This document shows positions 42,876-55,892 of a stretch of DNA of 64,000 bases, one piece after another. The stretch comes from Octopus vulgaris (taxonomy: Eukaryota): the NCBI GenBank assembly GCA_951406725.2, contig OX597815.1, forward strand, positions 35,092,001 to 35,156,000, read 5' to 3'. Position 1 is the first letter of the stretch, and every line of letters starts with the position of its first letter. The translations under genes were made by a program, and so were the position numbers. Below the pieces are notes generated by a model that was not told the DNA's origin, made no database searches, and saw nothing but the letters and a program-made list of their open reading frames with translations.

Positions 42876-43302
42876 TTTATCTATTCAGAGACGACAGATA
42901 CCCAAACGCAAACCTGGAAGTATGTATAACACTACTACTGGATAGCACAGGATACATCTGAAGGTGGACAAGTTTTATACTGTACTCTACTACGTTCTTA
43001 ACAGAATATACCATACTACATTTAGTATATAACTGTATACCATAACTATATCTAGCATTGTGGTCGGTGAATTATATCGTTATTTATCAATAACTATATA
43101 TATATATATATATATATATACTATATAATTAGGGTTCAGCAACGATTTGCTTCACCACACACCGAAGTTTAGGAATAGCAGTCAAAAAATCTTAGCTATT
43201 CCTTCTACTTTAAAGGGAGTTCCCAGAAAAGCTAAAGCACTTGAAAACAAACCACGCAGGCAAAAGGGAAAAAAATGACGAAAATCATTCTATATTAGGT
43301 TA

Positions 43303-43394
43303 CCTACGGACGCGCGTTTCGGAATTAATCAGTATAAAGCATAAATAATAAATAATTATACCTTACTCGACTATTTTCGTCTCTTCAGCGTAGG
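43303..43394 (-). ncRNA. Type I hammerhead fold with canonical core
   Basis: Minus strand cctacg-CTGAAGA-G...C-GAAA-CGCGCG-T-C-cgtagg: perfect 6-bp helix I, palindromic ACGCGCGT, GUC cleavage triplet. Confidence 0.65.
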
Positions 43395-43596
43395 ATTCCT
43401 GAACTATAATTAATTGTATCTCAATTATTAATAATTGTATATTAAATTTGAAGGCACTGGAAAACATCAATTCACCTAACGGTATCAGAGAGATCATATT
43501 CCGTGTTAGTACCGCCAAATTCAAAAAAATGAATGAGAGTAAGTCATCCTCCCTCGCCCACCAGCGTGTTGCCAAAGTAAGATGCTACAGTTTGTG

Positions 43597-43735
43597 AGCG
43601 ACCAGGCTATCGGATGTTGCTACACATCGCTGGTCACAATGCGCTTCGCATTGTTTTAGCCTTCAAATGACGCCACCCCGCTGGCTAAGCGAGCAGGCCA
43701 ACATAAGAAAGAGTGAGAGAACGTTGTGACGAAAG
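43597..43735 (-). mobile_element. 5'-truncated SINE family C (tail type of 25839-26149)
   Basis: gaccaggctatcggatgttgctacacatcgctggtcacaatgcgc...gagtgagag. Confidence 0.8.
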
Positions 43736-44227
43736 AAGAGCATTTGAGCTACTGAAAAACTGTGCAGCACGTACAACAATATAATCACGCGCACACATAT
43801 ATGAAAAATATATATGAGCATGTGAGCGCCACGAGTTTGTGTGTGTAGTGAGTTCCCTTGCCCATTACAGCACAATTACAGAATTCATTTTCATACAGAC
43901 AAGCCTTGTACGTATATTCCACCACAAGGTGACCCTAACCCTATGATATGATCTGGACTTATCACAACATGATAAAGAGACACTAGTTAACTCTATAGGG
44001 CTACAGATCCCTGCAGCAAGAGGATTTACATGATATCTGTCAGCAAGTAGGCTAACGAAACAGCGATCGTTATCTTGCTATTATCTGTAGCACAAGTGTG
44101 GGTGCATGTTTGTTTTCTTGTATAGAGGACATGTGCGCGCGTGCGTGCCTGTACATATATAGTTATGCATATACATATACATACACGCGCACAGACATGC
44201 ACACACATACACACACACATACATATA

Positions 44228-44656
44228 GGCGCAGGAGTGGCTGTGTGGTAAGTAGCTTGCTTACCAACTACATGGTCATGGGTTCAGTCCCACTGCGTGG
44301 CACCTAGGGTAAGTGTCTTCCACTATAGCCTCAGGCAGACCAAAGCCTTATGAGTAGATTTGGTAGACGGAAACTGAAAGAAGCCCGTCGTATATATGTA
44401 TATGTGTGTGTGTATGTGTGTGTGTATGTGTGTGTGTGTGTGTGTGTGTGTATGCTTATGTGTCTGTGTTTGTACCCCAACATCACTTGACAACCGATAC
44501 TGGTGTGTTTATGTCCCCGTAACTTAGCGGCTCGGCAAAAAGTGACCGATAGAATAAGTACTAGGCTTACAGAGAATAAACTCTGGGGTCGATCTGCTTT
44601 GACAAAAGGCGGTGCTCCAGCATGGCCGCAGTCAAATGACTGAAACAAGTAAAAGA
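44228..44656 (+). mobile_element. SINE family B
   Basis: Full head, core and tail. Confidence 0.9.
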
Positions 44657-45213
44657 ATATATATAAATCAGTGTATGTGCTTCCATGTGTGCACGTTTTC
44701 AGATGCGCACGCAGACAAACGTAAAAGAATACAAGTGTAGTAAAAATATGTAATAAATTTGTCCCAACACAGCCACTCACTGTATATAAGATATAGCATT
44801 AAACTAGGTTAGGACACCAGCAGCATAATAAATATGTCTAGGCAGACTTATTAAGATGCAGCTCAGACGAAGAAATTGTAAACGACTGTAAACGACTAAA
44901 GCTTACACCTGCACTAAATAAACCATCTAAGTTCAATTTACACCAGATACCCACCTTTTATTTTTCTTGAATATGAATTAAGGAAATGGAGCTCATTAAT
45001 AAATTCCTCTCTTCCATAACAATTATCTAATGTCTGCATATATCATGAAGAAGGCGAAAGCATGTTTGTCTAGACGTAAAAAAAAAGCGTTAACATTTGG
45101 GGCTTAAAACTAAATAATATAAATAAAACAATGATCCACAGAGAGTTGCTACACTCAGGTATACAGCGAGGTGTAAATTAATGGTGTCACGGGAATAAAA
45201 TTATGTGTATATA

Positions 45214-45265
45214 GGCGCAGGAGTGGCTATGTGGTAAGTAGCTTGCTTGCCAACCACATGGTTCC
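45214..45265 (+). mobile_element. SINE family B head interrupted by LTR element
   Basis: ggcgcaggagtggctatgtggtaagtagcttgcttgccaaccacatggttcc then abrupt switch to tgacat... Confidence 0.8.
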
Positions 45266-45518
45266 TGACATGGAGCCTCCCCTGCCATGGAATCTCCCAT
45301 CATTGGTTGTTCCAGATTGTTTATGTCTCATCCGTTCAAAATGGTTACTCAACAACTGTAAGGCCCTCATGAACGAAGTATGCTTTGGTCTGTGTTATGT
45401 CGCACGTTCCGATTACCTCTACTCAACTCTTCTCGACTCCTCTCGATGTCTAGGCTTCTCCCTATATATCTACGTATTGGGCTAGCCTACTTCATCGTCT
45501 GGGGGCGTCCACACAACA
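45266..45518 (-). mobile_element. 3' LTR of Gypsy element
   Basis: Minus strand: PPT aaaagggggagg (45519-45530) directly followed by TGttgtg; ends ...atgtCA at the SINE junction. Confidence 0.7.
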
Positions 45519-45599
45519 CCTCCCCCTTTTGAGTTTTTAAACCCGAATTTATGAATTTTATTTCCTCGGTGAGAAACTGACATATCTTTTACTCTTAGC

Positions 45600-47045
45600 G
45601 TTAATTTCCATCATTTCTGTTACTTTTCTCTTCCTGTTCGACCAACGTGTGGGTTCTGCTTTTGCTTGTGGTTCTGGGACCTCGAACATCTTTGCTTGTG
45701 GTTCTGGGACCTCGAACAAATCATACTATAAATCCATTGGTTCTTCTCGCCTCTCTTGGTTTTTGGTATATCTTTTTTTAAAAATTGGTTTAAATGCCTT
45801 CTGTGTTCATATTTTGGTCCTTTTACCATGTACATCACGTTACCCAGACGTCCAGTTATACTTCCTTGTTCCCAGTCTTGTTTTCCGTTACTATAGATTT
45901 TAAAATACACTTTGTCAACTATGTTAAAAAAATTCGTTTTTCTTCCCGAATTTTCTATTTTCTGTTTCTTACTGGACAAACATTTGTCAAAAATAGAATG
46001 AATTTTTCTGGAAAACATCAAATCTGCGGGTGACCTACCCGACTCTGCATTTGGATTCGGTGTTATTCTATATACCTGCAAAAACTTTGTCATATTTGTA
46101 TATTCAAAGATTTCCCGTCTGGTCTTCCTTAAGGCTCTCTTGAATGTGTCGACGAATCTTTCCGCTAACCCATTTTACCTCGGATGGTATGGCGGAGTTA
46201 ACACATGCTTCATCTGAACCGACTTACAGAATCTTTCGAAATCCTTCGCCGTGAATTGTGTACCATTATCCGACACGATCGTATCTGGGACTCCATAACG
46301 AGCGAACAGTTCTTCCAAGAAGTCAATAGTCACACTTGTGGTTGGCCTTGAACATTTACACACTTCAGGCCATTTGGAATAGCTATCCACCACAATGATA
46401 TAATGAGAGCCATTTATTGATCCTGCGAAATCCACATGTAGTCTAGACCAAGCCGAATCCGTTTTGGGCCATGGCTGAATCTGCACTGGGGGCACCTTTG
46501 CTGCAATAGCGCATCCCATACACTGTTTTACCAGTCTCTCAATTTGCTTGTCCATATTTGGCCAATAAACGTAACTTCTCATAAGACTCTTCATCCGGAC
46601 AATCCCCGGATGTCCTACATGAAAGTCTTTTAATACTCTGTTTTGCAGTGCTTCAGGTATTACCACTCTTTCTGCATATAATAATACCTCATCACATACT
46701 GAATAGTGCTTTGAACCTGCGTCCCGCTCGTTTATATTTTTCATGTTACTCAACATTTTTAAAAATCTTATTTTTCATTTCCCAATTTCAATATAATTTC
46801 TTCCAGCGTTACCGGCAAATCACGAACTACGTTGCACAAAATGTTCTTCAGTTCCATTTCTAGTTTTAACGATGCAATCACCGTATCTTCAAAAGGTTCC
46901 TCATATTTTGGAATTAGCCTAGACAACCCATATGCGTGTCCCATTTTCGTTGATGGCAAAATCTCCATCTGGAAATCGTAGTTCAACAGAGTAGTCCCCC
47001 AGCGCTGTAAGCGGTTTGCTGAGTGCGTTGGGATACTCTTTTTCG
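45600..47045 (-). pseudogene. Ty3/Gypsy (K02A2.6-like) pol remnant: RNase H end, H2C2 zinc finger, integrase core
   Basis: SANRLQRWGTTLLNYDF, GHAYGLSRL, FHVGHPGIVRMKSLMRSYVYWP..CMGC, WSRLHVDFAG, PDTIVSDNGTQF, TPPYHPR, AERFVDTFKRAL; frameshifts and stops. Confidence 0.93.
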
Positions 47046-47049
47046 AAAT

Positions 47050-48690
47050 AGAAGAAAAACAATAATGAGAAGTGTGTCTTTGGTGCTAAAAAGCCATTAT
47101 TTAATTAGTTAAGCAAGGTGGGGGTAAGAGAGAGTTTATAGCTGTCTCTGTGTACCATGCTGAGGTAAATATGTATTTACCTCGTTGCAAATGATAGACA
47201 TAATCAGAACGGAGAAGGCAGAGATAGGCAAAGAGGAGAATAGAGCGAAAGATAGAGGGAGAAACCGGAAAAGAAAATGTTCAATGATTCGAAAGTTTTA
47301 CATTTTAGTTAGGCTCAAAGTTCATTAAATCCATTGTGAGGTAGATGAAGAATAGAGGTTGGTTGAATCTAAGGTCTCGTAGTTAGTTATTAGCAATGAC
47401 TTCCACGTTCTGCCTATTCGGCTAGTTGACCGCCGGTGTAATCTGAGGGAGTTATCCCTAATTAGAGATATCCGGTGTGGTTATTAGGACTTATGTATCA
47501 CTAACTTATAGGTTGTAGGTAGTTCATATATTTACAAAGGAAGCCGTAAATAAGGATAACGTTTATGTCTAGCATCGGTACGATTTAGTGTGTAAATAGA
47601 CAAAGTATCGGAATAATATTTAGGTTTGAGGAGTGCCCAAAAAAGAAAAAAAGAAAAGAAAAGGATAGAAAGGAGAAATTTAACATGTAAAAATAGTTGG
47701 TGGTTCTCGACTGAAATGAATTATAGGTAAAAAGTAGGCTAGCGTAGAATGTAGATGTGGTATATTAATTATTTATTTATAATGTGGGTTGGAGTAGGCT
47801 AGCGTAGATTGTAGATATTAATTATTTATTTATAATGTAGGTTGGATATGCGTAAGCTAGTTTAGTTGCAGATAGGTTAAGGGGAGGTAATATCTGATAG
47901 GTAGGTCTGCTAATAACATTTAAGCTAGAAGATAGTGGTGTATACAGGAATGAACGGGTTTAGCGAAACTTAGTATACAAATCAGCCTTTATGCAAACAA
48001 AAAATTTATTTTCATATCTCCTATTGAGTAGAGGTGATTTGGCCATTAAAATGAGTAGTCTTTCTGTTATACAGAGTTCACATCGTTTATTGTTAATGCT
48101 ATAGGAGGAAGATTTGGCTAGGATACGCCATTCTAAACTATAGTTGATTTTTTTTTTGTCTTTTAATTCCCAAATGTTGCTACTAAGTCCTGTAGAGTTT
48201 GCTTTACTTCTATTTCTAAAACTAGATTTGTCGGAATTGCATCTAAGTATCACTTCGTTTTTCGTGGCTCCTATATAAGATTTCGCGTGGTTATTTGCGA
48301 GAACATGGCATTGGTATATTACGTTTTTTTTTTCTGTTTTATACCTATTGGAGAATTGACATTTATTTCTGTCTCAGCAGCCACATAAATTATTCAGTTT
48401 ATCTGTGCTTGTGTTGTGTTGTAGGGGGTTATTATTTATCAGGTCGTTGTCCGTGTTCTTTGGGGGCGAGTTAATAGGGATAAGATTTATTCTATTTGCC
48501 GGCTGCCTGTTATGCTTTATGTTGCTATTTTTCATAGTTTCGTAGAAGATATCTAATTTATTATTGTTGATCGAGGGTTCGATGGTAGCTAGGTTACTAG
48601 TTAGGCTATGGCCTACTCTAATTTTATTCTTAAAGATTCCTGAGTATTTGTTATTTAAGTTCTCGTTGTTTTCCTCCATTTTCTTATCGT
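47050..48690 (-). mobile_element. Penelope-like element remnant with GIY-YIG (48330-47960) and long 3' non-coding region
   Basis: KNVIYQCHV..KSYIGAT..FRNRSKANSTGLSSNIWELKD..EWRILAKSSSY..RCELCITERLLIL; begins at (TA)n. Confidence 0.8.
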
Positions 48691-48843
48691 ATATATATAT
48701 ATATATATATGGATAAATTAAGAAATGGAGTCAAATGCAGGTGTTATTCAAATCAATAGAGTGTAATATCTTTGGCACTTACGTGAAATTTTGCTACCCT
48801 GGTAACTATTTATTTATTTATTCCTTGTTATTTGTACACATTA

Positions 48844-48876
<33 letters not shown>

Positions 48877-48879
48877 ATA

Positions 48880-48952
<73 letters not shown>

Positions 48953-48954
<2 letters not shown>

Positions 48955-49240
48955 CTTCTACAATAGTCTCGGGCCGACCAAACCCTTCTGAGTGGAATTG
49001 GTAGACGGAAACTGGAAGAAGCCCGTCTTATGTGTATGTGTCTGTGTTTGTCCCCCACCCTTTACCATCGATTAACAACCGACGTTGGTGTGCTTATGCC
49101 CCCGTAAGCAATCGGTTCGGCAAACAAGACCGATAGAATAAGTGTTAGGCTTAGAAAGAATAAGTCTTGAGATCGATTTGGTCAACTAAATCTTCTAATG
49201 TGGTGCTCCAGCAGTCAAATGACTAAAAGAATAAAAGAAT
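48953..49240 (+). mobile_element. SINE family B body lacking head
   Basis: Starts tcttctacaatagtctcgggccgacc; tail gtggtgctccagcagtcaaatgact. Confidence 0.8.
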
Positions 49241-49310
49241 AGGTAGATAGCTAGATACATACATACATACATACATACATACATACATACATACATACAT
49301 ACATACATAC

Positions 49311-49342
<32 letters not shown>

Positions 49343-49796
49343 GTATTCATTTTCTTAAGTCAGTGTATATAATAAAAATGGTGGGTCACCGAATTTTGAC
49401 TGTCGTTCGATAAGAGAACAGTTGAGTCGTAGATAATATCAACTTAGTAAGCTAGTACGTCGCTGTTTTAGCGTATCTAAGTAATCATCATGAAAACGAG
49501 GTCAGTGTCCCGATATTTTAAGGTCTTTTGTCATTCGACATTGACGAATGCACTTGCTCACACAAAGAAGCACAATGATGCACGTGCACAGGCAATCAAA
49601 CTCGTACACGTACACACACATATACATGCATACATACAAATAAAGATGCATGAATACAAATACAGGCGTGTATACGCATAAGGTGAATATGAAAAATACG
49701 TAAAAAGACATACAGATTTGATGTTAATGAAATAGAAAATTATGTGGCCATACACACACGGACACACAGACACACACACACATACAAAGTGAGCGT

Positions 49797-49857
<61 letters not shown>

Positions 49858-50864
49858 ACATACAAGCATTCATACCTATAGTCATACATGCATATATATG
49901 TGTACGTGTTGCTCTTTATATTAAGATATACATCTACATGGCGCATATAACATCAACTGTGTATACATAAGCCTGTGCATGTATATATGTGTGTGCTTGT
50001 GTGCGTGCGTGCGCGTGTGTCTATGTATATATAAGTAAATACTTATACGTTCATTAATATATGTATTCATTAATCATTCTATCACCCAATCAAGGATGAT
50101 CACATCATATACACACAGATCTACATACGTATACGCAAATTTTTGCATACATACATACATGTGTGTGTGTGTGTGCTTGCATGTGTATGCATGTATGTAT
50201 ATATGTGTAGGATCAGGGGAGTATATATGTGTATGCATGTATATATATATAATTTATAATACCATACGGAATGAATTAAATAGATACGTTTATTTGCAAT
50301 ATATTCATATATATAGAGAGAAAGAGAGAGATACACTGCAATACATACACACAAACTCAAATATATACAATATATACACACACATCCGTACACTGACACA
50401 CGTGCATACTCGAGCATGTATACACACATACACACGCATACACACACTCATATATAGACAAATGTGTTGGACAATGTTGATACTATCTGAAAATCGTTAG
50501 GTGTACTGATGAATACAACAAATAAATACACAAATGTGTACAAAGACAAATGTAAGACAACAATATATATATATCAATGAAAACGTTGGTGTTAAATCTG
50601 AGCAATCAGCTTGCTTCTTTTGCTTTATTACTCTTACTGCGATTCACCGTAGATTACTTTCTCATCAATAATTGCATTGTACGTAGCATTAGCAAGGTTT
50701 CAACTTTAGCTCCGCGAGCTGTTAAATATGTATGTGCTTTTGTCATGGAGATTGTTGGTATTGTATTTGCTGTTGTTGTTATCGCTGTTACCTTGTTTTC
50801 GCTTGTGTCGTTGGTGGTTGTGGTAAAGAAGGAAAGATGTAGCTTCGTTGTCATTTGTTATCTC

Positions 50865-51267
50865 TTTTTAACTTGTTTCAGTCATTTGACTGCGGCCATG
50901 CTGGAGCACCGCCTTTAGTCGAGCAAATCGACCACGGGACTTATTCTTTGTAAGCCCAGTACTTATTCTATCGGTCTCTTTTGCCGAACCGCTAAGTGAC
51001 GGGGGACGTAAACACACCAGCACCGGTTGTCAAGCAATGCTAGTGGGACAAACGCAAACACACAAACATACACGCGCATATATATATATATATATACATA
51101 TATACGACAGGCTTCTTTCAGTTTCCGTCTACCAAATCCACTCACAAGGCATTGGTCGGCCCGAGGCTATAGCAGACGACACTTGCCCATGATGCCAGGC
51201 AGTGGGACTGAACCCGGAACCATGTGGTTGGTAAGCAAGCTACTTACCACACAGCCACTCCTGCGCC
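50865..51267 (-). mobile_element. SINE family B
   Basis: Near-identical to 23321-23744. Confidence 0.9.
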
Positions 51268-51289
51268 TGTTACAATATTTTTGTTTTTA

Positions 51290-51510
51290 AGGCGGCCAAC
51301 AACCAAAATCGTTAGCACACCGGACACAGTGCTTACCAGCATTCCGCCCGTCTTTACGTTTTGAGTTCAAATTCTGCTGGAGTCGACTTTGCCTTTCATC
51401 CTTTCGGCATCGATAAAATAGGATCCAGTCAAGCACTGAGGTCGATGTATTTGACAATCCTCCTGTCCCCAAACTTCCCGCCTTATACCTATAGCAGAAA
51501 AGGTTATTGC
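51290..51510 (+). mobile_element. SINE family A (diverged)
   Basis: aatcgttagcacaccgg...gagtcgactttgcctttcatcctttcgg. Confidence 0.75.
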
Positions 51511-51529
51511 TGTTGCTGTCTTCATCTTC

Positions 51530-52018
51530 TTATTCTTCCAATCAGGACTCACGCCATTAGCCACAAAGAATAATCTCAAATTCGAGCCTCCTCTAAGCCA
51601 TTTACAATGCATGTGGCAACTTGAAGATCCAACCACCACACGCGATAGACTGGCGGTTGCTCGGGCGCGAAAGCTACGTTGTTATCCTCATTCCGTAAAC
51701 GGTGGCTTTTAACGGGTGGAGTGCTGAACCATCCTGGGAGTACAGAGATTTGGCATTCTAGACTAGGGTCTGAAAGTTTACCACACCATAGTGGGTTACA
51801 CCATGGTTCCTCTGCTTTGTGGCAGAAGTAGGAAGAAAGAGTGAAAGTTGTGGTGAAAGAGTACAGCGAGGTTCACCCCAACCCACCCCCCGCCGGAGCC
51901 TCGTGGGGCTTAGTTGCTTTTGCTCAATAAACACTCATAATGCCCGGTCTGGGAATCGAAACCGCGTTCTTACGACCGCGAGTCCACTGCCCTAACCACT
52001 GGGCCATTGCGCCTCCAC
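51530..52018 (-). mobile_element. SINE family C head with fourth tail type
   Basis: Head 51840-52018 matches family C; 51530-51830 is unrelated to the other tails. Confidence 0.75.
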
Positions 52019-52862
52019 TGCTGTTGCTGTTGTTTAACTTTAGGCCGGCCTTGAGTGTGCAGACGTATAATTAAAAGCTCTCCAGTTATGACTATCGCGT
52101 ATATGATACGGTATTTTTCAAAATAGTCTTAGCTATCGTTTTCAAAACAATATGATAAGATGGCGAAAGGATGTGTGGTTGCTATTTCTAGTAGGTGATA
52201 TGACCATACAGAGGGTCCCGAATTGATTCGCTAGTGTTCATATCGTTGTTGTAGAAAAAGTTGTCACTATGGTTACAGGTGTATATGACACTTACATGTC
52301 TCTATCTTGCGTGTGTGTGTGTGTGTGTGTGTATGTATGCATGCATGCATGTATGCACGTATGCATGTATGTACGTATGTATGTATGTATGTATGTATGT
52401 ATGTATGTATGTATGTATGTATGTATGTATGTATGTATGTATGCGTGTATGAGGTAAATAGGATTGTCACAAGCCTACTGGTTCATTACACCAAATCTTA
52501 TTTCGGTTTCCATATGGTCGCCTGTTCGCACAGAATCAATTCCCGTATGTTGTTGGTACAAATTTTCAGTTGAGTGGACTGGAGTAATGTAAAATCAAGT
52601 GTGTTCTCAAACACAAGGCCTGCTCTGTGAATTGAAACTTCGACCTTATGATCGTGAATCTAACACCCTAACCACTAGGCCACGCACCTTTGTACACCCC
52701 GCAACAGGTAGAAATTTACTCAAATATATATCGTAATGTACGAATTGTAAAATATATAAATATATATTTTATATTGTGCGGACATTATCTAATATAGAAC
52801 ACGATACATCAAATATACACACATACGTATGTATAAACATATATACATGCATATATATATAC

Positions 52863-52920
<58 letters not shown>

Positions 52921-54144
52921 ACACGTAAGATAAATATATGTATAATCACTATATTAAGTTCTGTTCTATATCATATAAAGAACACGTGTGTGTATGTGTT
53001 CGTACGTGTGTGTGTGTGTAAATAAATGTATACTTATAAATATACGACAATACATATGTATGTGTGTGTATATACGTACTATATTTATATACACGCTCAC
53101 ACAGACACACACGGGCGCGCGCGCGCGGTGATCTTAAAGACTACAGTTTTTAATTATGCTTCATTTTCACTAAATACAAATGTATCTCCAACAGAGATAA
53201 CACATGCTGGTTTCCATTCATCAGACAAGCTCAATATGGCTGCGCAATGATGAATGGCAGTCAGCGTGTGTTATCTCTCAGAGATACATTTGCACCTGCT
53301 AAACATGAAACTTAAGTAACAACTCTGGTTGTAAGACCGGTATATAAACACGATTATACTAGCAGTATCAGGGACTGTCGCTTTGACACATGCAAATCCA
53401 ATCACAGTAGACACACACACACACACCATCACCACCACCACCACCACCACTAACACCACTACCACTAACATCACACACACACACATACATACATACACGC
53501 AAAAACACACACGTGACACATAGGCAAACACACACATGCACAAACATACAGACACACATTTATATGCACGTATACATATATATATTTTATATTTGAGTAT
53601 TTCGCATGCAGGTGAGCACATCCGTTTCCGTTCATTCGCGGAACTCCATCCTACTTTGGATGAGTGTTTACGTTGCATTATAGGCTCTTTTCAAATTAAT
53701 AAAAATACCCAACAGATGAAAATAAATAGAAAATAGAAAAATAATCAATAAATGCATACACACAGACGCATTTAGATACATACATATATTCATGCACACA
53801 CATATGAAGAAATGGTTTTAAAGAAAGAAAAATAGAAATTATAGGAAAAAAATTGGTACTTTTATATCAAGGAATCTTTTACACGTGACACAAATGTGTG
53901 GAGAAAGGCGACATGTATCAGTATTAAAGCTCGTTTCGTCGAGAACCATATGCGATGCGTTGGTCACGTCATCCATCTTAGTGATTCCAGGCTTCCAAAA
54001 CTATAACTAACTGTATAGAGAATTCGTTCGTGGAAAGTATTCTCACCACAAACCAAAATAATACCTTTTGTGATGTCGCAATAACAGCCTTAATCCCAGC
54101 AACATCTGCTAATAGGAAACATCTTGCTCTGAACAGAAGGGAAT

Positions 54145-54365
54145 GGCGATAGCCGGCAGAATCGTTAGCACGCCGGTCGGAATGCCTAGCGGGATTTCGG
54201 GTGCCGTTACGTTGTGAGTCGAGGTCGACTTCGCCTTTCATCCTTTCGGGGTCGATTAAATAAGTACCAGTTAGGCACTGGGGTCGATGTAATCGACTTA
54301 ATCACTTTGTCTGTTCTTGTTTGTCCCCTCTATGTTTAGTCTCCTGTGGGCAATAAAGAAATAGA
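54145..54365 (+). mobile_element. SINE family A
   Basis: gccggcagaatcgttagcacgcc...gcctttcatcctttcggggtcgattaaataagtacc. Confidence 0.85.
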
Positions 54366-54569
54366 TCTATAACCGAGAACAGCATGCAGTTTGAGGGGAA
54401 TTGAATTACTCACTTAATAGTGAAACATAGTGCCTGAGAACAAGAGGATGCTGAAGTTTTGCATGGTTGTCGGAAGTAAAAATTCTTCAACCAGGGGAAC
54501 TCTACCTGTCTCTTCATCATGTTCACTTGATAGAGTTCGAAATGTTGTAAGTCCAAATCTTTAAGTATA

Positions 54570-54766
54570 TCTCTTTTACATGTTTCAGTCACCACCTTTA
54601 GTCGAGAAAATCGACCCCAGGACTTATTCTTTGGAATCCTAGTACTTATTCTATCGGTCTCTTTTGCCGAACCGCTAATTTACGGAGACATAAACACACC
54701 ACCATCGGTTGTCAAGCAATGTTGGGGGACAAACACAGACACACAAATATATACACACACATGCAT

Positions 54767-54837
<71 letters not shown>

Positions 54838-54981
54838 GGAGTAAACACATAAATGTGAAACAAGGTGGAAAAAAGAGTACTCAAATACCAGTGGTAGAGT
54901 AATATGCTTTATTTTAAGCAGCAGAAAATTCAACAAAATCTGTTACTCTGAGTTTCTCGTTGCCGTTCATCAGATAGTTTT

Positions 54982-55065
<84 letters not shown>

Positions 55066-55236
55066 CATGAAAACGACGGGCTTCTTTCAGTTTCCATCTA
55101 CCAAATCCACTCATACGCCTTTGGTCGGCCCGAGGCCATAGTAGAAGACACTTGCCCAAGGTGTCATGCAGTAGGAATGAATCCGGAACCATGTGGTTGA
55201 TAAGCAAGCTACTTACCACACAGCCACTCCTGCGCC
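54570..55236 (-). mobile_element. SINE family B with nested PLE-like insert (54835-54985)
   Basis: Head and tail of family B separated by (TA)n containing about 150 bp with minus-strand CTGATGA-acg(gcaa)cga-GAAA-ctcagag-TA. Confidence 0.8.
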
Positions 55237-55892
55237 TTATATATTATGTGTTTTTACGGTAAAAGATCAAGTTCTGATTGTTGTCGTTTTGATGACGCCG
55301 TTTGTTTATCTCGTGACTGTTTTGATCAATATATTTTTGCTTTGGCAAAGTAAGGTCTTCTGTTTGTTTGGCCTCCAGGTGGCATCATTTGTTCGTCGAA
55401 AGGTTTCATTCCGTGTTGAGCACGGTCAAGGAGCGGTCAAGGAACGATTGGGTGTAAGTTTCGTGACGTCATTTGTTTTTAATCAAAAATATTTTCCGTT
55501 TTGGTCCAAATATTTTTGTCTTTGGCAACGTTCAGTGTTCTGCTTGGTTGACTTCCTGGTAGGGAGTTCGTAACCTATTTTTGCCTGATGGTCATCTAGC
55601 GTTCCGGTTACTTAAAAGAACTCCATGCCCACGACAGAAATTGTAAAAAATATTTTTTTCTATATATATATCTGTTTCTCTTTCTTCACCTATTTTTTTT
55701 TTTACCAAAGCTCAATTTGACTGGACCTTCAATCATGTTCATAATGGTCAACACCGGACATTTACATTGATATTACTATCAATCCTTGTGAAACTCATTG
55801 AAATCTCTGTGAACTTTTGATCGTTTAAACATGTTTTTCCGAATTTTACATTGTAAATTTAAACTCTCGCAGACCCTTTATTTAATGGTTTT

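Noticed and set aside
45661-45718. 28-bp direct repeat tttgcttgtggttctgggacctcgaaca x2
   Set aside because: Simple tandem duplication in the Gypsy integrase tail; no spacers, not CRISPR
55193-55573. 126-aa hydrophobic ORF
   Set aside because: Starts inside a SINE and runs through a T-rich internal repeat; no recognisable domain
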